NCBI GenBank assembly: GCA_965279375.1
Contig: OZ257156.1
Span: 2,816,001-2,880,000 of the forward strand
Reading direction: 5' to 3'
From: Gemmatimonas sp.
GTDB taxonomy: Bacteria > Gemmatimonadota > Gemmatimonadetes > Gemmatimonadales > Gemmatimonadaceae
DNA length: 64,000 nucleotides
Each line of letters starts with the position of its first letter. The first letter of the stretch is position 1. A program made the position numbers and the translations under genes. This document shows, piece by piece, positions 49,615 to 60,719 of this stretch. The notes under the pieces are model-generated. The model ran no database searches. It was not told the origin of the DNA and saw only the letters and a program-made list of their open reading frames with translations.

Positions 49615-50256
49615 ATGACTGAGAACCAGACCTTACAGGCGCCTGTGTATTCGGCGCAGGGCAAGAAGGGCGCGGCTCGCGCGCTCCCCGAGGCCACGTT
49701 TGACGGCGTCGTCAACGTGCCGGTCATGCATCAGGCCGTGAAGGCGTTCCTCGCCAATCGTCGCCAGGGCACGGCGGCGACGAAGACGCGCGGCAAGGTG
49801 GTTGGCGGCAACCAGAAGCCCTGGAAGCAGAAGGGCACCGGTCGTGCGCGTCAGGGTTCCACGCGCGCGCCGAACTGGCCGGGCGGTGGCACGGTGTTCG
49901 GACCGATTCCGCGCAAGTACACGCAGATCGTCCCCAAGCAGGTCAAGACGCTGGCGCGCAAGAGCGCGTTCAATGCGCGGGCTCGTGAGGGTGCGGTGAT
50001 CATCGTGGACGCGTTGAACTGGTCGGCGCCCAAGACGAAGTCGATCACGACGCTGTTCGCGTCGCTCGGCGTCACGGACAAGAAGGTGTTGTTGTTGACG
50101 GACGGCGTGAAGCCGAACGTGTACCTGAGCGCGCGGAACCTCGCGACGGCGCACGTGATGCCGTACTCCGATGCCAGCACGTATCACATCCTCTGGTCGG
50201 ATGTGGTCGTGATCGAGTCATCGGCTCTGAATTCCCCTGCCGCAGCGGAGGCGTAA
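49615..50256 (+). CDS. rplD: 50S ribosomal protein L4
   Basis: [23 protein letters not shown]. Confidence 0.98.
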   Translation: MTENQTLQAPVYSAQGKKGAARALPEATFDGVVNVPVMHQAVKAFLANRRQGTAATKTRGKVVGGNQKPWKQKGTGRARQGSTRAPNWPGGGTVFGPIPRKYTQIVPKQVKTLARKSAFNARAREGAVIIVDALNWSAPKTKSITTLFASLGVTDKKVLLLTDGVKPNVYLSARNLATAHVMPYSDASTYHILWSDVVVIESSALNSPAAAEA

Positions 50257-50259
50257 GCG

Positions 50260-50547
50260 ATGGCCACTATTCATCGCATCATCTCGCGCCCGATCATCAC
50301 GGAGCGCACCTCTGCCGCGTATCAGGATCGTGGGGAGTACACGTTCGAAGTGGCGCCCGACGCCAACAAGTATTCGATCAAGCAGGCCGTCGAGCAGCTG
50401 TTCGGCGTCAAGGTCACCGGTGTCTGGACGTCGAACGCGCGCGGCAAGGCGCGTCGGGTCGGACAGTCGATCGGCCGTCGTCCCCACACCAAGAAGGCGA
50501 TCGTGAAGCTCCGCGCGGGCGATTCCATCGCGATCTTCGAGGGCTGA
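50260..50547 (+). CDS. rplW: 50S ribosomal protein L23
   Basis: PIITE, ANK..IK.AVE.LF.VKV, KKAIV. Confidence 0.97.
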   Translation: MATIHRIISRPIITERTSAAYQDRGEYTFEVAPDANKYSIKQAVEQLFGVKVTGVWTSNARGKARRVGQSIGRRPHTKKAIVKLRAGDSIAIFEG

Positions 50548-50552
50548 GATCC

Positions 50553-51383
50553 ATGGGAATTCGAGTTTTCAAGCCAGTCAGCAAGGGTTCGCGCAATCGC
50601 TCGGTGTCGGATTTCGCCGAGATCACGCGCAGCACCCCTGAGAAGTCGCTCGTCGAGCCGCTGCCGCGGTCGGGTGGTCGCGACAACCACGGCCACATCT
50701 CGATGCGCCGCATCGGTGGTGGTCACAAGCGCCAGTATCGTCTCATCGACTTCAAGCGCAACAAGCCGGGCATCACGGCGATCGTGCGCGAAATCGAGTA
50801 CGATCCGAACCGTTCGGCGCGCATCGCGCTGATCGAGTACGCGGACGGCGAGAAGCGCTACATCCTGCACCCGAAGGGGCTCAAGCAGGGCGACAGCGTG
50901 GTGTCGGGATCGGGCAGCGATTTCCGCGTCGGTAACGCGATGCCGTTGAAGGAAGTGCCGCTCGGCACGCAGGTGCACAACATCGAGCTGAAGATCGGCA
51001 AGGGCGGCCAGATGGCGCGTTCGGCCGGCGCCTTCGCCCAGGTTGTCGCCAAGGAAGGCGAGTACGTCACGCTGCGTCTTGGCAGCACCGAAATGCGTCT
51101 CGTGCACGGCAACTGCATGGCGACGATCGGTGAAGTCGGCAACTCGGAGCATGAGTTGCAGTCGCACGGCAAGGCGGGCAAGAGCCGCTGGTTGGGCAAG
51201 CGCCCGAAGGTCCGTGGTGAAGTGATGAACCCGGTGGATCATCCGCACGGTGGTCGTACGCGCGGTGGTCGTAACGTGGTGAGTCCGTGGGGCAAGCCCG
51301 AAGGTGTCAAGACGCGCAACAAGAAGAAGTCGTCGCAGCGTCTCATCGTGCGCGGCCGCAAGCGCGGCCGAGCGACGCAGTGA
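50553..51383 (+). CDS. rplB: 50S ribosomal protein L2
   Basis: [30 protein letters not shown]. Confidence 0.99.
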   Translation: MGIRVFKPVSKGSRNRSVSDFAEITRSTPEKSLVEPLPRSGGRDNHGHISMRRIGGGHKRQYRLIDFKRNKPGITAIVREIEYDPNRSARIALIEYADGEKRYILHPKGLKQGDSVVSGSGSDFRVGNAMPLKEVPLGTQVHNIELKIGKGGQMARSAGAFAQVVAKEGEYVTLRLGSTEMRLVHGNCMATIGEVGNSEHELQSHGKAGKSRWLGKRPKVRGEVMNPVDHPHGGRTRGGRNVVSPWGKPEGVKTRNKKKSSQRLIVRGRKRGRATQ

Positions 51384-51409
51384 TCCGCTAGCGCGAGCCG
51401 AGAACCGAT

Positions 51410-51715
51410 ATGTCGAGAAGTATCAAGAAGGGTCCATTCGTTGCTGAGCGCCTCGAGGCGAAAGTCCTCGGGATGAATGCTCGTAGCGAGAAGAAGGTGG
51501 TCAAGACGTGGTCGCGCGCGAGCACGATCCTGCCCGAGTTCGTCGGGCACACCTTCGCCGTGCACAACGGGAACAAGTTCATCCCGGTGTACGTGACGGA
51601 AAACATGGTGGGGCACAAGCTCGGCGAGTTCTCGCCGACGCGCCTCTTCCGCGGACACGCTGGGCAGAAGGCGGCCGACAAGAAGGCCACCGGCGTGCCG
51701 AAGGGAGGCAAGTAA
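51410..51715 (+). CDS. rpsS: 30S ribosomal protein S19
   Basis: [22 protein letters not shown]. Confidence 0.99.
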   Translation: MSRSIKKGPFVAERLEAKVLGMNARSEKKVVKTWSRASTILPEFVGHTFAVHNGNKFIPVYVTENMVGHKLGEFSPTRLFRGHAGQKAADKKATGVPKGGK

Positions 51716-51718
51716 CCC

Positions 51719-52093
51719 ATGGCCACCAAGAAGACCGGCATTGAGGCGCACGCGATCCAGCGTACGACCCGTCAGTCGCCGTACAAGATGCGCCTGGTGA
51801 TCGATCAGATCCGCGGGCAGTCGGTGAACAACGCTCTGGCGCTGCTCAAGTTCAGCAAGAAGGGCGCGGCGACGCAGATCGCCAAGACCTTGAACAGTGC
51901 CGTGGCAAACGCGGAGCAGGCGGCCCGGAAAGCCAACACGTCGCTCGATGTCGACGCGCTGGTGATCACGAAGGCCATCGTGAACGAAGGCCCGAAGCTG
52001 AAGCGTTGGACGCCGGCGGCCATGGGCCGTGCGACGCCGATGTTGAAGCGGACGAGCCACGTCGAGATCATCGTGGCGGAGGCGGTGCGCTAA
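51719..52093 (+). CDS. rplV: 50S ribosomal protein L22
   Basis: [29 protein letters not shown]. Confidence 0.98.
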   Translation: MATKKTGIEAHAIQRTTRQSPYKMRLVIDQIRGQSVNNALALLKFSKKGAATQIAKTLNSAVANAEQAARKANTSLDVDALVITKAIVNEGPKLKRWTPAAMGRATPMLKRTSHVEIIVAEAVR

Positions 52094-52752
52094 TGGGACA
52101 GAAGACCAATCCGATCGGGTTTCGCCTCGGTGTCACGAAGAACTGGCGCTCGACCTGGTATGCGAAGAAGGAGATGCCGGCGCTCATCCGCGAGGATGCG
52201 CTGATCCGGAAGTATCTGAAGGCGCGCCTTGATAACGCCGCAATCGCCGAGGTGCGCATCGAGCGCAAGCCGGGCAAGGTGGTGGTGACGATTCACACCG
52301 GCCGTCCGGGCGTGGTGATCGGCAAGAAGGGCGCGGAAGTCGACAAGCTGCGTGACGAGCTCACGCAGTTGAGCGGCAAGGAAGTCGGGATCAACGTGGA
52401 AGAGATCAAGCGCCCGGAAGTCGAGGCGCAGCTGGTGGCGGACAACATTGCCGCGCAGCTCTCGCAGCGTATCTCGTTCCGCCGCGCCATGAAGCGTGCT
52501 GTCCAGAGCGCGATGCGCATGGGCGCACTGGGTATCAAGATCAAGTGCGGCGGCCGTCTTGGCGGCGCCGAAATCGCCCGCGTCGAAGGGTACCATGAGG
52601 GTCGGGTTCCCCTGCACACGCTGCGCGCCGACATCGATTACGCCACGAGCACGGCGAAGACCACCTACGGCACCATCGGTGTGAAGGTGTGGGTCTTCAA
52701 GGGCGAGATCGTTGACGACCGTCGCGGCAAGACCTACTCGACTGGCGTCTAA
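52093..52752 (+). CDS. rpsC: 30S ribosomal protein S3
   Basis: [42 protein letters not shown] overlap with rplV. Confidence 0.99.
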   Translation: MGQKTNPIGFRLGVTKNWRSTWYAKKEMPALIREDALIRKYLKARLDNAAIAEVRIERKPGKVVVTIHTGRPGVVIGKKGAEVDKLRDELTQLSGKEVGINVEEIKRPEVEAQLVADNIAAQLSQRISFRRAMKRAVQSAMRMGALGIKIKCGGRLGGAEIARVEGYHEGRVPLHTLRADIDYATSTAKTTYGTIGVKVWVFKGEIVDDRRGKTYSTGV

Positions 52753-52764
52753 GGAGATTACGCG

Positions 52765-53193
52765 ATGCTGAGTCCGAAGCGGGTCAAATTCCGCAAGATG
52801 TTCAAGGGCCGTATGACCGGCCTGGCGTACCGCGGAGCCGAGGTGTCCTTCGGGACGTATGGGCTCAAGGCGATGGAGCCGGGTTGGGTCACGAGCCGTC
52901 AGATCGAAGCAGCCCGTGTGGCGCTCACGCGTCACATCAAGCGTGGCGGCAAGGTGTGGATCCGGATTTTCCCGGACAAGCCGATCACGAAGAAGCCGGC
53001 CGAAACGCGCATGGGTAAGGGCAAGGGATCGCCCGAAATGTGGGTGGCGGTGGTGAAGCCGGGCCGTGTGATGTTCGAGCTCGAGGGCGTGACGCGCGAA
53101 GTGGCCGAATCGGCCATGGCGCTGGCGGCCGCGAAGATGGGTGTGAAGACCAAGTTCGTCGTACGCGAGGAGGCGGTGACCGATGAAGGCTGA
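52765..53193 (+). CDS. rplP: 50S ribosomal protein L16
   Basis: [23 protein letters not shown]. Confidence 0.99.
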   Translation: MLSPKRVKFRKMFKGRMTGLAYRGAEVSFGTYGLKAMEPGWVTSRQIEAARVALTRHIKRGGKVWIRIFPDKPITKKPAETRMGKGKGSPEMWVAVVKPGRVMFELEGVTREVAESAMALAAAKMGVKTKFVVREEAVTDEG

Positions 53194-53470
53194 TGAGATC
53201 CGCGGACTGGCTGACGCCGAAGTGACGGCCAAGATCGCCGAGTTGGAGGAGGAGCGCTTTCGGCTTCGCTTCCGCAGTGGGACGGAAGCGCTGGAGGAGC
53301 CGCTGCGGCTCCGCAGCATCCGCAGGGACATCGCGCGCCTGCAGACAGTGCTGCGGGAGCGTGCGCTCGGGCTCAAGCGTGGCGTGAGTGCGCCTGCGCC
53401 TGTCGCAAAGAAGGCGCCCGCCAAGAAGGCGGCAGCGAAGAAGGCCCCTTCTAAGGCCCGCAGCCGCTAA
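53183..53470 (+). CDS. rpmC: 50S ribosomal protein L29 with Lys/Ala-rich tail
   Basis: MKA.EIR, F.LRF, RRDIAR..T..RE; position after rplP. Confidence 0.95.
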   Translation: MKADEIRGLADAEVTAKIAELEEERFRLRFRSGTEALEEPLRLRSIRRDIARLQTVLRERALGLKRGVSAPAPVAKKAPAKKAAAKKAPSKARSR

Positions 53471-53481
53471 CCGGGAACTTG

Positions 53482-53784
53482 ATGATGACCGATACGCAGA
53501 ACGCGACAGGCGCCTCGCAGAATGGCGCCGCCGAACGGACCGCGCGGAAGTTTCGCGTCGGACTGGTCGTGAGCGACAAGATGGACAAGACCGTGGTGGT
53601 GCGCATTGATCGCCGCATGCCGCATCCGCAGTATGGCAAAATGGTGACGCGCACCCGGCGCTTGAAGGCTCACGACGAGGAGAACTCGGCGAAGGTCGGC
53701 GACACGGTACGCATCATGGAGACCCGGCCCTTGTCGAAGGACAAGCGGTGGCGCCTGGTCGAGATCGTCGAGCGCGCGCGCTAA
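53482..53784 (+). CDS. rpsQ: 30S ribosomal protein S17
   Basis: [29 protein letters not shown]. Confidence 0.98.
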   Translation: MMTDTQNATGASQNGAAERTARKFRVGLVVSDKMDKTVVVRIDRRMPHPQYGKMVTRTRRLKAHDEENSAKVGDTVRIMETRPLSKDKRWRLVEIVERAR

Positions 53785-53796
53785 GGGAACCCAGCC

Positions 53797-54165
53797 ATGA
53801 TCCAGCAAGAGTCCATCGTGAAGGTTGCGGACAACAGTGGCGCCAAGCGCGCCCTGGTGATCCGTGTGTTGGGCGGCACGCGCCGCCGTTATGCGGGCCT
53901 TGGCGACAAGGTCATCGTGGCGGTGAAGGACGCCCTGCCGAACGGCACTGTGAAGAAGTCCGATGTCGCGAAGGCCGTGGTGGTGCGCACGGTGAAGGAG
54001 ACGCGACGGAAGGACGGCAGCTATATCCGCTTCGACGAGAACGCCGTCGTGATCATCGACGACAAGGGCGAGCCGAAAGCGACGCGTATCTTCGGTCCCG
54101 TGGCGCGCGAGCTCCGCGAGAAGCGTTACATGAAGATCGTCTCGCTGGCGCCAGAGGTGCTCTGA
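53797..54165 (+). CDS. rplN: 50S ribosomal protein L14
   Basis: [25 protein letters not shown]. Confidence 0.99.
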   Translation: MIQQESIVKVADNSGAKRALVIRVLGGTRRRYAGLGDKVIVAVKDALPNGTVKKSDVAKAVVVRTVKETRRKDGSYIRFDENAVVIIDDKGEPKATRIFGPVARELREKRYMKIVSLAPEVL

Positions 54166-54166
54166 G

Positions 54167-54571
54167 ATGCGCGTACACAAGTACTACAAGACCGATCGCG
54201 GCCAGCGCCTGGGCCATGGCCGTCATTCCCTGAAGGCGTCGCGTGAAGCGATCCATGTCACGAAGGGTGACACGGTGCGCGTGATGCGCGGCGACGACAA
54301 GGGGAAGGAAGGCAAGGTCATCATGGTCTACCCCAAGACGGGGCGGATCAAGGTGGAAGGCGTCAACATCGTGAAGAAGCACCGCAAGGCGCGCACGGCC
54401 GAAGAGCAGAGCGGCATCATCGAGATGCCGGCTCCGTTCCACGCCTCGAACGTGATGTTGCTGGATTCCAAGACTGGCAAGCCGACGCGCGTGAAGGCGC
54501 GCATCGACAGCGACGGCACCAAGGAGCGGGTCGGCGTCAAGAGCGGCGAAGTCATCCCCCGCGCACGCTGA
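54167..54571 (+). CDS. rplX: 50S ribosomal protein L24
   Basis: KGDTV.V..G.DKGK.GKV, VEGVN, H.SNV. Confidence 0.97.
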   Translation: MRVHKYYKTDRGQRLGHGRHSLKASREAIHVTKGDTVRVMRGDDKGKEGKVIMVYPKTGRIKVEGVNIVKKHRKARTAEEQSGIIEMPAPFHASNVMLLDSKTGKPTRVKARIDSDGTKERVGVKSGEVIPRAR

Positions 54572-54588
54572 CCCCCGGAGCATAGACG

Positions 54589-55383
54589 ATGGCGACCAAG
54601 GAAAAGGCCGGCGCGAAGTCCGGCGGCAAGGCAGCAGCAGGTGGCAAGGGTGGCGCAGCCAAGGGCGGCGCGGCCAAGGGTGGAGCGGGCGCATCGAAGG
54701 GTGGCAAGGGCGGCAAGGCCGGCCAGCCGCGCGCGGCGCAGGACTTCACCAAGCGTGAGCATGCGGGTGCGGGCCTCCCGGTGGCGGCCCCCCGTTTGAA
54801 GACGCACTACGAGAGCACGGTCCGCGCGGCGCTGGCGAAGCAGTTCGGCTTCACCAACACGCATCAGATTCCGGAGCTGTCGAAGATCGTGATCAACTGC
54901 GGCGTCGGCGAAGCGGTCAAGCAGCCCAAGCTGCTCGACGTGGTGGTCGAAGAGCTGGCGCTGATCACCGGTCAGAAGCCGGTGCGTCGCAAGGCCAAGA
55001 AGTCGATCTCGAACTTCGGCCTGCGCGAAGGGCAGGAGATCGGTGCGTCGGTGACGATGCGCGGCGCGCGCATGTGGGAGTTCCTCGATCGCTTCGTGAC
55101 GGTGTGCTGCCCGCGTATCCGCGATTTCCGCGGTCTGGGCACGCGTTCGTTCGACGGTCGTGGCAACTACACGCTCGGCATCAAGGAGCAGACGATCTTT
55201 CCGGAGATCAGCTATGATGCGATCGAGTCGATCCACGGCATGGACATCACGTTCGTGACGACGGCGGCGAAGGACGAGCATTCGTTCGCGCTGCTGCATC
55301 AGCTGGGCATGCCGTTCAAGGGCGACGACAAGCCGGTGATCCCCAAGGTGGCGCAGCCGTCGGCCGCGGCCGTCGCGGCGTAA
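54589..55383 (+). CDS. rplE: 50S ribosomal protein L5 with Gly/Ala/Lys-rich N-terminal extension
   Basis: ITGQKP, PRIRDFRG, FDGRGNY, GMDIT. Confidence 0.98.
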   Translation: MATKEKAGAKSGGKAAAGGKGGAAKGGAAKGGAGASKGGKGGKAGQPRAAQDFTKREHAGAGLPVAAPRLKTHYESTVRAALAKQFGFTNTHQIPELSKIVINCGVGEAVKQPKLLDVVVEELALITGQKPVRRKAKKSISNFGLREGQEIGASVTMRGARMWEFLDRFVTVCCPRIRDFRGLGTRSFDGRGNYTLGIKEQTIFPEISYDAIESIHGMDITFVTTAAKDEHSFALLHQLGMPFKGDDKPVIPKVAQPSAAAVAA

Positions 55384-55407
55384 GCTCAACTACCGAGAAC
55401 TGATTCC

Positions 55408-55713
55408 ATGGCGAAGACGAGCAAGTTGGCCCGCAATGCGCAGCGCAAGGAACTGGTCGCCCGTTTCGCGACCAAGCGCGCCGCATTGAAGGCTGTGATC
55501 CAGAACCCGAAGAGCACGCAGGAAGAGAAGCTGGTCGCGATCAATGCGCTGCATAAGATGCCGCGCGACTCGTCGGCCACCCGGGTGCGCAACCGCTGCA
55601 GCATGAGCGGCCGTCCCCGTGCTTATCTTCGTACCTTCGGTTTGAGCCGCATCGCCTTGCGCGATATGGCGCTGAACGGCCTGATTCCGGGCGTACGCAA
55701 GGCCAGCTGGTAG
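55408..55713 (+). CDS. rpsN: 30S ribosomal protein S14 (long, Zn-independent type)
   Basis: 101 aa, [24 protein letters not shown]; only one Cys. Confidence 0.98.
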   Translation: MAKTSKLARNAQRKELVARFATKRAALKAVIQNPKSTQEEKLVAINALHKMPRDSSATRVRNRCSMSGRPRAYLRTFGLSRIALRDMALNGLIPGVRKASW

Positions 55714-55772
55714 TATCCCGATAACAGCTTTGTCGCTCGCACGCCGGCAGCGACTGGTTGTTCCTTTTTCAT

Positions 55773-55806
55773 TCCTAAAGGTCTGCTTCGCGCAGATACC
55801 ATAGGA
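55773..55806 (+). promoter_or_regulatory. Putative S8-binding translational operator covering the rpsH RBS
   Basis: TCCTA-AAGGTCTGC-TTCGC-GCAGATACC-A-TAGGA; AGGUC/GAUACC mirrors the AAGUC/GAUACU S8 site in 16S helix 21. Confidence 0.55.
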
Positions 55807-55819
55807 GCCGGAAGACGTC

Positions 55820-56221
55820 ATGAGTATGAACGATCCCATCGCGGACATGCTGACTCGACTGCGCAATGCATGCGCGTCGAAGCATCGCCGCGTCGACATG
55901 CCGCTCTCGAAGATCAAGGTCGAGATTGCGCGCGTCCTCAAGGAAAACAACTTCATCCAGGACTACCGCACGGTTGAACTGGAAGATGGCAAGCACGCCC
56001 TGCGCGTGATTCTCAAGTACGCGCACGGCGGCCAGTCGGTCATCCGTGAGGCGAAGCGCATTTCGACGCCGGGTCTGCGGAAGTACGTGGGCGCGATGGA
56101 GATCCCGCGCGTGCGCAACGGTCTCGGCATGGCGATCCTCAGCACGTCGAAGGGCATCATGTGCGGACGTACGGCGCGCTCCACCAACACCGGGGGCGAA
56201 TTGCTCGCCCTCGTCTGGTAA
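55820..56221 (+). CDS. rpsH: 30S ribosomal protein S8
   Basis: [27 protein letters not shown]. Confidence 0.99.
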   Translation: MSMNDPIADMLTRLRNACASKHRRVDMPLSKIKVEIARVLKENNFIQDYRTVELEDGKHALRVILKYAHGGQSVIREAKRISTPGLRKYVGAMEIPRVRNGLGMAILSTSKGIMCGRTARSTNTGGELLALVW

Positions 56222-56232
56222 GGGACGCTCTC

Positions 56233-56771
<539 letters not shown>

Positions 56772-56772
<1 letters not shown>

Positions 56773-57128
56773 TGGCCAAGATCGCGATCCCGCGTACCAA
56801 TGCAGAGCGGCGTGCGCGCCGCCACCTGCGGGTGCGCAAAGCGGTGAACGGTACGGCGGAGCGTCCGCGTCTGGTGGTGTTCCGTTCGCTGAAGCACATC
56901 TACGCCCAGATCGTGGACGACGTCACGCAGAAGACGTTGATGACGGTCGGCGACGAGAAGATGGAAGGCACGAAGTCCGAGCGCGCGCTCGCCGTGGGCA
57001 AGTCGGTCGCGGAGAAGGCGAAGGCGGCGGGTATCGCCAAGGTCGTGTTCGATCGCGCTGGTTACCAATACCACGGCCGCGTGAAGGCTGTGGCCGATGG
57101 CGCCCGCGAGGGAGGCCTGGAGTTCTGA
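56772..57128 (+). CDS. rplR: 50S ribosomal protein L18
   Basis: [25 protein letters not shown]. Confidence 0.98.
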
Positions 57129-57943
57129 TGATGGCAAACGCAGCAGGTTCAGGTGGCGCGCCCGGCGGCAGCGCCCGTAGCGGTGGTGGTCCTGGCGGCC
57201 GTGGTCGTGGTGGCCCGGGCGGCGGTCGTGGCGGCCCAGGTGGCGGTCGCGGTCGTGGTCCCGGCGGCCCGGGTGGCCCCGGCGGTCCCGGTGGTGGTCG
57301 TGGGCGCGGTCCGGGTGGCGAAGGCGGCCCGGCCGGCCGTGATGGTCGTGGGCGTGGCGGGGACGGCGGTCGTCCCGGTCAGGAACGCGAGCAGAGCGAT
57401 CTGGTAGAAAACGTGATCGCGATCAATCGCGTCGCGAAGGTCGTAAAGGGTGGTCGTCGTTTCTCGTTCAACGCGCTCGTCGCGGTGGGCGATGGTCAGG
57501 GTAAGGTTGGCTTTGCCACCGGCAAGGCGAACGAAGTCTCCGAAGCGGTGCGCAAGGCGGTTGATGCCGCGCGTCGCAACATGGTGACGATCCCGCTGAC
57601 CGGTTCGACGATCCCGCATGAAGTCGTGGGCAAGCATGGCGCCGGCAAGGTGTTGATGAAGCCGGCCGCGCCTGGTGCTGGTGTGATTGCTGGTGGTGCG
57701 GTGCGCGCGGTGCTCGAGTGCGCAGGCGTCCACGACATTCTCACCAAGTCGCTCGGCTCCACGAATCCGCACAACATGGTGCTGGCGGCGCTGGACGGCC
57801 TGACGCATCTGATCACGGTTGAGCAGGCTGCCAAGGAACGCGGCATCGAAGTTTCGCAGATCGACTACAAGTCGCGTGCGAAGTCGCGGACCGAAGTGGC
57901 TGACCATCGCAAGGCTGCCGTCACGGCGGCGGGAGTGGCGTAA
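57128..57943 (+). CDS. rpsE: 30S ribosomal protein S5 with long RGG/GPGG N-terminal extension
   Basis: [36 protein letters not shown]. Confidence 0.97.
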   Translation: MMANAAGSGGAPGGSARSGGGPGGRGRGGPGGGRGGPGGGRGRGPGGPGGPGGPGGGRGRGPGGEGGPAGRDGRGRGGDGGRPGQEREQSDLVENVIAINRVAKVVKGGRRFSFNALVAVGDGQGKVGFATGKANEVSEAVRKAVDAARRNMVTIPLTGSTIPHEVVGKHGAGKVLMKPAAPGAGVIAGGAVRAVLECAGVHDILTKSLGSTNPHNMVLAALDGLTHLITVEQAAKERGIEVSQIDYKSRAKSRTEVADHRKAAVTAAGVA

Positions 57944-58197
57944 TGGCTCGCACATTCGTGTGGCATCCGTCGAAGGGTCCGGCCACGACGCCGAAGGATC
58001 AGGCGCCGACGGCTGGTTTGGTTCTGATCACGCAGGTGCGCAGCGGCATTGGCCATTCGTGGCGCATGCTCCGCACGCTCGAGGCGATCGGACTCAAGCA
58101 TCATCAGGCTAGCGTCGTGCAGCAGGATTCCGCCTCGCTGCGCGGTCAGCTCAAGAAGGTTCGTCACCTGGTGTCAGTGACGCCGGTGGAGGGGTAA
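57943..58197 (+). CDS. rpmD: 50S ribosomal protein L30
   Basis: ITQVRS.IG, TL.A.GL, RGQ..KV.HLV.V. Confidence 0.95.
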   Translation: MARTFVWHPSKGPATTPKDQAPTAGLVLITQVRSGIGHSWRMLRTLEAIGLKHHQASVVQQDSASLRGQLKKVRHLVSVTPVEG

Positions 58198-58200
58198 CTC

Positions 58201-58686
58201 GTGGCTACGAAGAACAGCGGCGCCGAAGGCGCCGAGAAGATCGGACTGCACAACCTTGCGCCGGCTCCGGGCTCGCACCGGAACCGCAAGCGCATCGGTC
58301 GCGGTCCTGGCTCCGGCACCGGCAAGACGTCCGGCAAGGGTCACAAGGGTTCCATGGCGCGTTCTGGCCACGGCGGTCCTGGTGGCGGCAAGCCGCACTT
58401 CGAAGGCGGCCAGATGCCGATCACGCGTCGCATTCCGAAGCGCGGGTTTACGAACCCGTTCAAGGAGTATGCGCAGGAAGTGCGTCTCGATTCGCTGGCG
58501 CAGTTGGCTGGCGATGAAGTGACGACGGAAGCGCTGGTCGCCGCGGGCTTGATCCGCGACGGGCACGGTCCGGCCAAGCTGCTCGCGAACGGCGATGTGC
58601 CGCGCGCGTTCACGGTGAAGGGCGTGAAGTTGAGCGCCGGCGCCAAAGCGAAGATCGAAGCGGCCGGTGGCCGCGTCGACGGCTGA
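58201..58686 (+). CDS. rplO: 50S ribosomal protein L15
   Basis: RIGRG.GSG.GKT.G.GHKG, FEGGQMP..RR.PKRGF. Confidence 0.98.
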   Translation: MATKNSGAEGAEKIGLHNLAPAPGSHRNRKRIGRGPGSGTGKTSGKGHKGSMARSGHGGPGGGKPHFEGGQMPITRRIPKRGFTNPFKEYAQEVRLDSLAQLAGDEVTTEALVAAGLIRDGHGPAKLLANGDVPRAFTVKGVKLSAGAKAKIEAAGGRVDG

Positions 58687-58703
58687 GGGAGAGCCCCCGG
58701 CGC

Positions 58704-60050
58704 ATGGCAGAGCAGAACAACAAGGCGGCGCAGGCCGTCGCCAACATCTACCAGACGCCTGAACTCTGGGCGAAGATCGTATTCACCTTCGTGTGTTTGC
58801 TGATCTATCGCACCGGTGCGCATATCACCGCGCCCGGCATCGACGTTCAGGCGCTGACGGATTATTTCGCACGGCAGCAGGGCGGCGGACTTCTGGGTCT
58901 GTATGACCTGTTCGTGGGTGGCGGCTTGTCTCGCGCCACCGTGTTCGCGCTCGGCATCATGCCGTACATCTCTGCGAGCATCTTCATCCAGATCGCCGGT
59001 GCGGTGTTGCCGACGGTCGACAAGATGCAGAAGGACGAAGAAGGGCGGAAAAAGCTGACCCAGTACACGCGCTACCTCACGGTGGTGCTGGCGCTGGTGC
59101 AGGCATACGGTTTCGCCCTCTTCACCGCGTCACTGCCGGCGGCTGTCTCCCGTCCGGGGCCGACGTTCATCATCCAGATGATGCTCTTCCTCACCACGGG
59201 CGCGATTTTCGTCATGTGGCTGGGCGAGCAGATCACCGAGCGTGGCCTGGGTAACGGTGCGTCGCTGATCATCTTCTTCTCGATCGTCGAGCGCATGTGG
59301 CCCGCGATCCTGCAGACGTTCAACTTCGTCACGACGGGCGCGATCGCGCCGCTGTCGCTGGTGGTGTTGGCGCTGGTGATGGTCGGTGTCGTGGCTGGCG
59401 TGGTGGCCATCACCGTGGCTGCCCGTCGCGTGCTGATCCAGATCCCGCAGCGCACGATGGCGCGCGGTCGTCAGCGTGAAGCGGCTCGCAACTTCATTCC
59501 GCTGCGCATCAACACGGCCGGCGTGATGCCGATCATCTTCGCTCAGTCGGTGATCGTGATTCCCGGTGCGATCGCGCAGTTCAGCGGGAACGCCAAGGCG
59601 CAGGAAATTGCGGAGTACTTCAATCCGCAGGGTCCGAATCCGTGGCTCTATTTTGTCCTGTCGGCCATCCTCATCCTGCTGTTCACGTACTTCTACACCT
59701 CGATCATCTTCAATCCGGTCGACCTGGCCGAGAACCTGAAGAAGCAGGGCGGGTTCGTGCCGGGCATCAAGCCGGGCGCGAAGACGGCGGAATACATCGA
59801 GCAGGTGGTGGAGCGTATCACGCTTCCCGGCGCGATCTTCCTGACGTTCATCGCTCTGATGCCGATCGTGATTGCCCGTCTGGTCAACGTTCCCTTCGCG
59901 TTCGGCGGCACGTCGCTGCTGATCGTCGTGGGTGTGGCGCTCGACACGATGGCGCAGATGCAGCAGCACCTGTTGCTGCGCAAGTACGACGGCTTCATGA
60001 AGAAGGGCCGTGTCCGCTTCCGCGGACGTCAGGCGACCGGTGGCTTCTAG
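58704..60050 (+). CDS. secY: Preprotein translocase subunit SecY
   Basis: FALGIMPYISASI, WLGEQIT..G.GNG, AGVMP.IFA, FGGTSLLIVVGV. Confidence 0.99.
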   Translation: MAEQNNKAAQAVANIYQTPELWAKIVFTFVCLLIYRTGAHITAPGIDVQALTDYFARQQGGGLLGLYDLFVGGGLSRATVFALGIMPYISASIFIQIAGAVLPTVDKMQKDEEGRKKLTQYTRYLTVVLALVQAYGFALFTASLPAAVSRPGPTFIIQMMLFLTTGAIFVMWLGEQITERGLGNGASLIIFFSIVERMWPAILQTFNFVTTGAIAPLSLVVLALVMVGVVAGVVAITVAARRVLIQIPQRTMARGRQREAARNFIPLRINTAGVMPIIFAQSVIVIPGAIAQFSGNAKAQEIAEYFNPQGPNPWLYFVLSAILILLFTYFYTSIIFNPVDLAENLKKQGGFVPGIKPGAKTAEYIEQVVERITLPGAIFLTFIALMPIVIARLVNVPFAFGGTSLLIVVGVALDTMAQMQQHLLLRKYDGFMKKGRVRFRGRQATGGF

Positions 60051-60069
60051 CACACACGAGTAATTCGGA

Positions 60070-60717
60070 ATGGTCATCGTCCTGCTCGGACCTCCGGGCG
60101 CAGGAAAAGGAACCCAAGGCGAGCGGCTCGCCGAGCGCCTTGGGGTTCCGAAGATCGCAACAGGTGACGTACTACGAGCGGCGGTTCGCGAAGGCACGCC
60201 GCTCGGACTGGAAGCGAAAGCGGCAATGGATCGCGGTGACCTTGTCCCCGATTCCGTCATCATGGGCATCATGGGTGAGGCGCTCGCGGCCCCCAGTGCC
60301 GCCAAGGGCGTCATCCTCGACGGCGTCGTGCGCACCACGCCGCAGGCCGAGGGACTCAACGCGATGCTGTCCACGCTTGGCCGTAAGGTCGATGCGGTGC
60401 TGCTCTTCGATATCGCGGAAGACGAGTTGGTGCGTCGCCTGAGCGGCCGCACCACCTGTGATGTCTGCCAACGTCCGTTCTTCGGGCGTGAGCCCGGTGA
60501 GCTGTGCGCAGTGGACGGCCACGCACCACAGGGCACGCTCGTTCGCCGCAAGGACGACGAGCCGGACGCGGTACGCAAGCGTCTGACCGTGTATCGCGAC
60601 CAGACGGCTCCAGTGATCACGTGGTACGAACAGGCGGGCGCCAAGCTCGTCCATATCGACGCGATGGGTTCCCTCGACGACGTGGAAGCGCGCGCGCTGA
60701 AGGCCCTCGAGTCCTGA
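60070..60717 (+). CDS. adk: Adenylate kinase (Zn-type LID: CxxC...CxxD)
   Basis: GPPGAGKGTQ, G.LVPD, ILDG..RT, R.DD. Confidence 0.97.
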   Translation: MVIVLLGPPGAGKGTQGERLAERLGVPKIATGDVLRAAVREGTPLGLEAKAAMDRGDLVPDSVIMGIMGEALAAPSAAKGVILDGVVRTTPQAEGLNAMLSTLGRKVDAVLLFDIAEDELVRRLSGRTTCDVCQRPFFGREPGELCAVDGHAPQGTLVRRKDDEPDAVRKRLTVYRDQTAPVITWYEQAGAKLVHIDAMGSLDDVEARALKALES

Positions 60718-60719
60718 CC

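Noticed and set aside
57150..57380. CRISPR-like or DNA tandem repeat array
   Set aside because: The repeats are imperfect codon-level Gly/Arg/Pro repeats inside rpsE, with no spacers and no cas genes
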